In this document: in pieces, positions 55,057 to 64,000 of the stretch
Position numbering within the stretch: position 1 is the first letter of the stretch
Layout: every line of letters begins with the position of its first letter
Assembly: GCA_964016885.1 (NCBI GenBank)
Contig: OZ024741.1
Span: forward strand, 281,108,001 to 281,172,000
Source: Eledone cirrhosa
Lineage: Eukaryota
DNA length: 64,000 nucleotides
Reading direction: 5' to 3'
Program-made: the position numbers and the translations under genes
Notes under the pieces: generated by a model
The model's input: the letters and a program-made list of their open reading frames with translations, nothing else
What the model was told of the DNA's origin: nothing
Databases searched by the model: none

Positions 55057-56760
55057 GTATGTTAGAGGTAAACAGAAAAAAAACAACACAATCAGTACAG
55101 TATATGGGAGGAATATATTAGTTTGAAATAGCAGGAAGAGGGTCTTAACGTTTTGGACACTAGTCCTTCATCAGAAGAAAGAATGAGAAATTAGAAAGAT
55201 AAAAGGAACGGGCAGGGCGGAATCAGAAAAAATGTTTTTAGAGAAAAATAACAGGTCCATTCATGTTACCATCTCTTGGAAAACTATTGATGCTGGCGTT
55301 TTGTGTATGATATACTTTTTTTAGAAAAGTGGATGATATGTAATTAAAAAAGTGTGTGTGAGCAAAAGTATGTTAATAAAAGGGAGTGTGTGTGTATACA
55401 GAGCTGTGAAGGGAAACGTAGAGGTGTGTGTGCATATTTTGTTGGTCTCTATCAGCTTTAAGAGTATATGTTTCTAACCATAAGAGAGCCATAGGAATCC
55501 AGGGCTGAATGTACAAGTGTGTGTGTGATAATGGATGGGGTAAATGTGATGGGGGCAAAGGGTAGAGAAGTAAGCACGAATGTATATGTGTAATATTAAA
55601 GAAATTGGGGAGGGGAGTTGAGTCCAAGACGAAAACAGGACCCAAGGCAGAAAATCAGACTCTGTTCAGTCCTGTTGCGCAAGGCTTGTGATCCATAATG
55701 TAAAAGGACACCAAGGACTGAGACATGTAGAGAAGAGTGACCTTGGGAATGGAAATGACGGGTGATAGGAGTATCCATACCGAATCGTATGTCCCTCAAA
55801 TGTTCAGCAAAATGGTTTAACAAATGTTGTCCCGTTTGTCTGATGTATAAGGACCTGCAAAGGGAACACCGGAGGCCATAGACAACATGGGTGGAGGTGC
55901 AAGTGTAGGAGTGGCAGATACAGAATGAACCGTTAGTGCCTGTGAGAGTAGATAGGTTGGAAATTAAAGGACAGGTATTACAGCGGGGTCGAGAACAAGG
56001 ATGAGAGCCAGATGGAGTCGTAAGAGAGGATGAGAAAGAACTGCATACCAGGAGGTCGCGGAGATTACAGGCGCGCTTAAAAGCAGTGATAGGGGGTTAG
56101 GAAAAAAGTGAATAGTGACAGGCAGAAGAGAGGAACGGAGAATATGTCACCGGAGAGGTAGGGTGATGGAATTGTAGGTGAGAAGGAAAGGAAGGCAGGT
56201 GTTGGGAGGGCACTGGTGTGGTGAGAGGGCTGTGGTACAGTTGGTTTCACGGGCACAGGTGAGAGCAGCTTAGATCAGGGTGGGGGGATATCCACGCTGG
56301 ATGAAGCAGGAGGCCATGTGAAGGGAATGGGTTTCGAAATCATGGTCCTGGCTACAGAACTGACAAAGACGGAGGAATTGGGTGTAGGGTATGGAGAGTT
56401 TGGTGTGGGTTGGATGGGAGGAGGTGAAGTCAAGGTAAGAGTGGGAGTCAGTAGGTTTATAGAAGATGGAAGTAGAGATGATGTGGTGAGTGTGATCGAT
56501 AGAGAGAGAGAGAGATATCAAGAAAAGGGACAGAAGAATCGGAGACAGGTGGCGCCTATATAGTCATTGATATAATGACTGTATAGCTCAGGAGTAGGTC
56601 CAGCGTACTGAGAGATCTGGGCTTCGACGTAGCCAACAAAAAAGTTGGCATAGTTTGGACCCATTCTGGTTCACATCGTTACCCCAGAGACCTGCTGGTA
56701 GAACTCACTGGAAAAGGAAAACCCATTGAGGGTCAAAACAAGCTCAGTCAGACAGAGAAT
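55040..56760 (-). mobile_element. Degraded PLE (Neptune-like) with mutated HHR at 55143-55178
   Basis: YLDFTSSHPTHTKLSIPYTQFLRL; TCTSTHVVYGLRCSLCRSLYI; FAEHLRDI; HHR tctt-CTGATGA-aggac-tagt-gtcc-AAAA-cg-TT-aaga. Confidence 0.8.
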
Positions 56761-56934
56761 CCTATCTCATTATATACTATATGATCTATTCCTTTCGTTC
56801 TCTGCTTCTCATCTTCTCTGACTGTTCTTCCATTCATAACAGGTTATATTTTAACCCAACTTCTTGCTATGATCATCATAGCAGCTGGCTGTTCTCCAGC
56901 TATTTTTGCATTTGAGATTCCTACATGTGAATGG

Positions 56935-57547
56935 AGTTCCACTGAAGCAGGTAGAGAAGTTCAAGTATCTCGGGGTCATGTTCATGAGTGATGGTAGGCA
57001 GGAAGCTGAATTAAGTGCAAGATAGGTGCAGATAGACCAGCTTCAGCATTCAATAATTAGAAGAAGAGAGGTAGGCATAAAAGCCAAACTCGCTATCTTC
57101 AATTCGGTATTCATGTGAACCTTTATTTGGGTAATGACTGAAAGAATATGATTGTGAATACAAACGGCCAAAATGGGGTTCCTCTGAAGTGTCTTTGGTG
57201 TAACGTTACTTGATAGTGTGCGTAGCTCAGAGACCAAAGTATCACTCCAGGTAGAGCCACTACTTCTCTGAATTGAGAGGTCACAGCTCCGATATTATGG
57301 GCATATGGTTAGAATGTCTCAGGAAAAAATCACTGGTCAGATTTTACGAGCAAAACCAACTGGCAGGAGACCCTGGGGTAGACCCTGAGCAAGATGGTTG
57401 GATAACATCCATGAGTTTGATTGGTCTCACTTGGGGATCCAACCAGATCAGTTGGAGATCGTTGCTTTTGAGAGGATTCGCTGGAAGGAGTGTTTGAGGA
57501 CTCTGCCCCCTTGACCCCCTCAGGAATAAGTGGGCAAAGAAGAAGAA
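56935..57547 (+). mobile_element. Degraded RTE (Expander-like) 3' fragment with (GAA)n tail
   Basis: LKQVEKFKYLGVMFMSDG; IERSQLRYYGHMVRMS; GRP..RWLDNI; ends aagaagaag. Confidence 0.7.
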
Positions 57548-58169
57548 AAAATATATGTGTATATATATATATATATATGCATATATATATATATATATAT
57601 ATATAGTGTGAGAAATAGACGTTAAATGATGATGATGATAGTTAAGACAAAGCATTGTGAGGTCTGTAATAAAAAGACCATAGAGGCAATGAAAAGGAAT
57701 GTGGACAATTTAAGAATCAAATAGGTCATTACCATCAACCAGGAAAAAACCACGGATGAATAATAAATTGGAAATGCATAAAGCAGATTTGTTATTATAA
57801 TGACTTCGCATATCCATATTTCAGATACGTAGGCCAGTTAAAAACACATTAATCGTTTCTTTTTGTTTTGAAGCATCTCTGCTTCACATTTGAAACAAGG
57901 GAAGATGCACAGAAATATGTATAAATATAGTGTATAAAACATTACTTTGTTTTGTTTTATTTGTCGTCCTTTGTCCTTTATATATTTCTACCATGTTGTA
58001 TCGGGTTTTTGAAACTTATCTATCTTTTATTATATTCAACACACCTCCACACCACTACATCCCCACACCAATCAGCCACTCCTACCCATCCTCACAGACA
58101 TCTATAACTTAATACCTATCTCCTTCCCAGAGCTGAGAGAGAGCTCTACAATTGGGTCTACGACCAGCA

Positions 58170-58575
58170 ACTGCTCTAGTGATGGTGCCACAAAAATGCA
58201 CCCAGTACACTCTGTATGGGTAGTTGGCGACAGGAAAGGGACCTCGCTGTAGAAACGATGCCTAAAAGGGCTGTGAGAGCCCTTCAGCTGTGTCAAAGAA
58301 ACAACAACCTATCCAATGTTAGTGATCTACACGATAAATGCCTCCAGTACACGCTGTAAAGTGGTTAGTGATAGGAAGGGCATCCAGCTGTAGGGTTGGG
58401 AGGATCCTTTAGTTATGTCAAGGTCATGACACCCTCCCTAGTGTTGGTGATCTACACAATAAACACACCCAATGCATGCTGTAAAGTGGTTGGTATTAGG
58501 AAGGGCATCCAGCCAGAGAAAGTTGGCCAAATGAGGGGTTAGGAGAATCCTTCAGTTTGTGTCAAAAGACATGAC
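58170..58575 (+). repeat. Three tandem copies of a SINE/RTE-tail segment
   Basis: cacccagtacac.ctgtaaagtggttgg..(t/c)aggaagggcatccagctgtag recurs at about 58200, 58345 and 58470. Confidence 0.7.
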
Positions 58576-58819
58576 AACTTCTCCTCTGCATTCAATAATG
58601 ACTACGTAAGGATGAAAGGCAAAGCTAATCTCAGTGGGGATTTGAACTCAGAACATAACGGGCTATAACTCTATACTGATAAGCATGTTGTCGAACACTC
58701 TACTGATACTGTCAACCCACCACCTTATGGTAATAATAGTAATAAGAATAAGCACTGAAAACGAACTATATCAAGTTGAGTATTGACAAGTCGGTGAATT
58801 CCCCACTTTGTAGGTTGTG

Positions 58820-59490
58820 TGGTGAGAAGGTGAAACAATAAACCACATTATTAGTGAATGTAAGATGTTTACTCAGAAAGAGTAGAAGAGAAGGCACAAC
58901 AACATTGCCAGATTGGTTCACTGGAAGTTCTGTCATAAGTATGACATGAGCAGAAGTGAGAAATGGTATGAGCACCAACTGGAAAGGGTGCTGAAAACAA
59001 ACAGTAGAAGATCTTGTGGGACATAACCATCCTGTGTGACTATTTTATTGTGGTTAGAGAGCCTGAAATTGTTGTCGTAGAAAAGAAAAATAACAAGGCA
59101 AGTACTGTGGATATTGCTTCACCATGGGGACACAGGGTGAATGAGAAGGAAAGTGAGAAAGTTGAGAAATACCAGGAGCTGAAGAGAGAAATCAGGAAAC
59201 TATGGAGAATCAGTAGAAGTGGTACTGATTGTCGTTGGTGTACTGGGAGCAGTTAGTAAAAGGTTGGATGTATGGCTTGAGAAGCTAGGAATTACCATGA
59301 GGACGGGATTGTTGCAGAAAACAGCCTTGCTAGGATCAGCAAGGATTCTAAGCAGGGTATTATAAAGTTGAAGGAGAAGGAATGACCCAAAGGACCTTTA
59401 GCCATTGGCTATAGCTCGCTGTTTTGGTAGAGTGTTGCTATAACATTTGCCAGAGCAAAAGCGTTACAAATGATAATTATAGTAATAATT
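58820..59490 (+). mobile_element. Non-LTR retrotransposon 3' fragment with restriction-like endonuclease (R4/Dong-like)
   Basis: HNNIARLVHWK; ILWD...REPEIVVVEKK..VDIASP..EKVEKYQEL..KLW; LQKTALLGSARIL; TAA-rich end. Confidence 0.7.
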
Positions 59491-59660
59491 ATTTCTACTT
59501 TTGGCACAAGGCCAGCAATTACCCCAGTGCCTTACTGGTGCTTTATTTTATCAACCGTGTAAGGATGAAAGGCAAAGTTAACCTCGGCAGGATTTGAATA
59601 TAAAGAGCCATAACTCCGTGCTGCAAAGCATGTTGTCTGATGCTCTATCGATACTGCCAA
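59490..59660 (-). mobile_element. tRNA-derived SINE copy (further copies at 58600-58725, 61315-61535 and 63425-63635, all minus)
   Basis: ggcacaaggccagcaat..ggatgaaaggcaaagttaacctcggcaggatttgaa. Confidence 0.65.
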
Positions 59661-60716
59661 TAATAATTACTTATCTGTTTTCATTGTTAGTAAGAGTTGG
59701 ATGGATTTTCATTAGTTACTCAGTCCTACTGATCTCTCAGATGGGCCAGGAGCTTGCTTATTGCTTATATTCACGAACTAAACATAGTATACTACTTACA
59801 TTTTAAATATAAACCAGCACTAGAGTGGTTGTCATGTTTTCAACACAACTGATGAGTCCTCTTGACCCTTTTTGGCATGGTTTCTTAGCTGGATGCACTT
59901 CTTGTCACCAACCATCTTGTAGTGTATACTGGGTGCATTTTTTTATCGCATTTTTCTATGGCTACATGCTTTTTCTATCACAAACCACTTTACAGAGCTA
60001 CTTTTCCATTCCCTCAGACTATCCAATAAAAAAAAACATCCTTGATAATAATGGTCCCCCAAATTATACCCTAAAATCTTAAAAGGGAAGGACATAATAT
60101 ATTAGATAATATAGTTAAAAGTATACAAAATTGCATGGTAAACACATGAGGCTAATCTGGGGCTAAAATGCAACAAATAACAACTCCAACTCATACACAA
60201 CAATAAAATCTATACTGTAGCATGATGATGATGATCATCATCATTTAACATCCAATCTCTCTGCTAGCAAGAGTTAGACGGGTTTTCACAGACCAAGTCA
60301 GTAGTCAAGCTGAGTTACTAACCTCTTAGATGTACCTGGGGCCCACATCTTGCTTACATTAGTTCCCACACTCTACCAAGTGGTCAGACAAGCCAGGGGT
60401 CTGTATATCACTTATGTATCTACATTCTTCTAAATGCTCAGATGAGCCAGTGGCCTATATCTTGCTAACATATAATTCTACACCCTACTGAACACTCTGG
60501 AAAGCTGGGGTTCTGCATCTCACATAAGTTTCCACAATCTACTGAGTATTCAGACGAGCTTGGGCCAATCATCTCATTTACATATGTTATCATTCTCTAC
60601 TGAGTGCATTTTATCATGATGCTAGCAATGTTAGCATGTTACATTAATATTGTTGTATTTTTTTTTTATTAATCTGTGTTATTTTATTATTAATTTTTTT
60701 AATGCTTTTATTTCAG

Positions 60717-60888
60717 AGCAAAGGGGAAAAGTGATATTGTCTTACCTCCAGACATTTTAGCTAAAAGATGGGCTTTAGGAACTCCTGCAATTAGTGCTCT
60801 CAGCATGGCCATATGTATCACTGGTGCTACTCTTAAGAACATTCCACTTTATGAACATATATGGCATCTCACTATTCCACCAGACGAG
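60717..60888 (+). CDS. ENO4: Enolase-4-like gene, third visible exon
   Basis: tttcag|..|gtaagc. GTPAISALSMAICITGATLKNIPLYEHI matches the enolase GANAILGVSLAVCKAGA....PLYRHI motif. Confidence 0.78.
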
Positions 60889-61914
60889 GTAAGCTATTTT
60901 CTATTTCTAAAGAAGTCCTACACAAAACATTGTAAATTAGTGTAGCATCACTGATGCTGTGTTACATTGTGAACAAGGCACTCAACTAAACACCATTCAT
61001 GTGTTACATCAACATCTTTTTCTTCAGTACCTTTTGCTCATCATAGAACATTGGTTGACGAGAGGTCTCAGTTGTAGGCCTTGTCATAAGCCTGCTCACC
61101 ATTGGTTGACAAGAGATCAGTTGTAGACCTTGTCATAAGCCTTGTCACAGGCCAGGTATCTGCTCATAATTTCTGTAGCAATTTCGATTGAGGTAAGGTT
61201 GCTAACCTTTCATTTCATCCCTTCTCCCTTCTCAACACTGGCTGTATGGAAAATTTATTAATTGAACTAATGTTTTTAAACTTAAAGATACTGATTAATA
61301 ATATTGATAATGCTTTCTGATTTAGGCACAAGGCCAACAATTTTTTTTTTGGTGGGGAGAGAAAAGTCGATTAAATCAACCCCTTTGCATTACTGGTGCT
61401 TTACTTTTTCAATGCTGTAAGGATGAAAGGCAAAGCTAACCATGTCAAGATTTGAACTCAGAATATAAAGGGATGTAACTATATGCCACAAAGCATGTTG
61501 CCCAATGCCCTATAGATACTGCCAATTCACCACCCTTTGATAATGATAATGACATGTATTTTTTTTACATAACTTTATTTGATTATATTCCATAATTATG
61601 TAAATTGTAAATAAGCGAGCATTCTTATATGATTGAACATCATTCTATTGTAAATAAGATTTAATGTATACATGTATAAAGCAAATAATTACTTGTAACT
61701 GTATAAAGTGCATGATGTGAACAATTTGGTATGTTTATTTTTGCTTGTAATTTTTTTCAAAATATTTATATCTGTGTCTATGGATTGATATATCTCAGCT
61801 TCAGAAGATCTCATATAAAGGTGAAAACAAAAATTGTTTAAAGTTTTAACCTGTGCTAATAATATTTGCTCTACAGGTTTATATATCATCATCATTATCA
61901 TTATCATCATCAAA

Positions 61915-62100
61915 GGGCGGTGGATTGGCAGTATCGGTAGAGGGTCGGACGCCATGCTTTCCAGCATAGTTACGTCCCTTTACGATCTGAGTTCAAATCC
62001 CGCCGAGGTTGACTTTGCCTTTCATCCTTACGGGGTCGATAAAATAAAGTACCCGTAATGAACTGGGTAATTGCTGGCCTTGTGCCTAAAGTAGAAACAA
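61915..62100 (+). mobile_element. Near-complete tRNA-derived CORE-type SINE (second copy at 62394-62612)
   Basis: A-box-like tggcagtatcgg, B-box gagttcaaatccc, core gactttgcctttcatcc..gggtcgataaaataaagtacc. Confidence 0.75.
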
Positions 62101-62104
62101 TTAT

Positions 62105-62320
62105 CATTATCATCATCATCATCGTTTAACGTCTATCTTCCATGCTAGCATGGGTTAGACGGGAATTACCCCACTTGAGGCAAGATTGGTTGTGTGACTG
62201 TGTCTCGCTCATATAGGACTATCTGGATGCCCTTCCTAACACCAGCCACATTTACAGTGTGGACTGGGAGCTTTTTACCGTGTTACCTACACGACCACAT
62301 TACAGTGTGGACTGAATGTT
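62105..62320 (-). mobile_element. SINE/RTE-shared 3' tail with (GAT)n (also at 63893-64000 and ~60222-60285)
   Basis: catcatcatcgtttaacgtc..ccatgctagcatgggttagacgg..ctggatgcccttcctaacacca, same as 3638-3800. Confidence 0.7.
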
Positions 62321-64000
62321 GTGGTACCAACTATATAAAAACTCTTATCTAGTACTCTCTGGATTTTGGTCTTTGTATTTATTATTACCACTAAAGGTGG
62401 ATTGGCAGTATTGGTGGGGCATTGGACAACATGCTTTGCAGCATAGATTTATGGCCCTTTATGTTCTGAGTTCAAATCTCTCTGAGTTTAGTTTTGTCTT
62501 TCGTCCTTACAGAGTCAATAAAACAAAGAATCAGTAATGCACTGGGGTCAATTTAATCGACTTTCTCCTCCCTCCAAAATTATTGGCCCTATGCCTAAAT
62601 CAGAAATCATTATTGGTTCAGTCTGATCAGCCAGCCCTTAAAATAAAAAAAAAAAGCATAATATGAACCTCAACAGTCTATATTTTTCTATTTAAAAACA
62701 TGAAAGAAATTGTAAAAAGTAACTTTTTTTTTTTCATTAGTGACCTTTACCTTTAACAGTTAATGCAGTAGGAAATTTATTTGCTTCATGCAAAGTTAGC
62801 ACATGGTAAATACTTCCTGCACCTATTTCCTTCCTTTTGTTTGTTTACTTGACCTACATGCCATACCCTTTCTTTGGACCTACCAGCCCATAACATTCAT
62901 CCTCACTACCTTCTTTTGAATTTATTACATCTACTCACTACCTCTTAGCTAAGTTTAGATGCTACTATATCAAGGGAAAGTTCATCTTACTAGCAATGTT
63001 TTGAAAGGCCGGTATTTGCAGCAAAACTTTAAAGTCAACAATCACAGCCATTGACAAATATTATTTTGACCCTACAAACAGTATAGAGTTCTTCATTCAG
63101 TACATGTTTGGTGTGTTTATTACAGAAACATACTCACAAATATATATATTTGTGAGTATGTGTGTGTAAGAGATAGTGAGAGAAAAAGAATAAAAAAGGT
63201 AAATGTCCTTAAAACACTCAAACACTAATGCTTAGTTCAGGTTTCTTTGCTATAAGAAGATGAGATACTTCTCCCCTGCATAAGGTACATGCAAGAAACT
63301 CTGGAACTTATTCAGGATAACTTGGTGAGCTGAGAGAAAGGAAGTTGGGTTATTTAGAAACATTCTTTTGATAAAGGTTGGAAGATATGACATAAATAGA
63401 AATGAAACCAACAATAATGAGTAACATAATTCTTTTTAACATTGGCATAAGGCCAGCAATTAGGAGAATAGAGAAAGTTGATTATATCGACCCCAGTACT
63501 TAATTCATACGTTATTTTATTAATCCCAGAAGGACGAAAGGCAAAGTTAACCTTGGCAAGATTTGAAATCAGAATGTAAAATGTTGAAATCAGAATATAA
63601 AATGTTGAAATTACCGATACTGCTAATCCACCATCCAAATAAAGGAGAACATTGTAAAAATAGTTTTTTGTGCCTGAATTACTGAAACATTAGTTTCATT
63701 TTAGTGTGGACTTTTTTTAATCCTCACCCCAAATAATAAGTTAACTAATGTGTTTGTAGCTTTTTTTTTTTTCATAATTTTCTTTCAAAGTTTAAAATGA
63801 ATTTATTTCTTACATGAACATGAAACATTGAATGTATCTTGATTGCATTTAAACACATTAGTTATTTCAATTTCTGAAAATTAACAATACTTCATCATCA
63901 TCATCATCATCAACGTTTAACGTCCGTGTTCCACACTTGCATGGGTTTGGACGGGGGTTTTCCCACTTGAGGCAAGAGTGATTGTTTTGCTCGCATAGGA

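Noticed and set aside
61915-62010. tRNA gene
   Set aside because: A/B boxes continue into a SINE core that is repeated many times; no full cloverleaf.

Overview
AT-rich eukaryotic (animal) DNA; the SINE and microsatellite landscape resembles octopus or another cephalopod (inference). Bases 1-48,100 are a nested retroelement pile-up inside (TA)n microsatellite. It holds about 7 Penelope-like element (PLE; RT + C-terminal GIY-YIG) insertions. One is a very young ~6.56-kb-unit tandem array with two intact 820-aa ORFs and a 5' inversion; another is a 4.29-kb-unit PLE from a different lineage. It also holds RTE LINEs with a PHD-like finger. Reading the RNA level shows many type-I hammerhead ribozymes (HHRs): minimal forms, a U3-A8 covariant, a U4C variant and one with a ~116-nt stem II. 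The best candidates for a new system are (i) a non-coding, highly structured ~466-nt HHR unit in partial tandem plus inversion (retrozyme-like, 39.0-39.9 kb) and (ii) an RTE RT fragment that ends in a PLE-type HHR 3' end and appears to have moved as one unit (1.6-3.5 kb). Bases 48,100-64,000 are ordinary intronic DNA with SINE/LINE relics and three phase-compatible exons of an enolase-4-like gene. All RNA folds were paired by eye and clade labels need phylogenetic confirmation.
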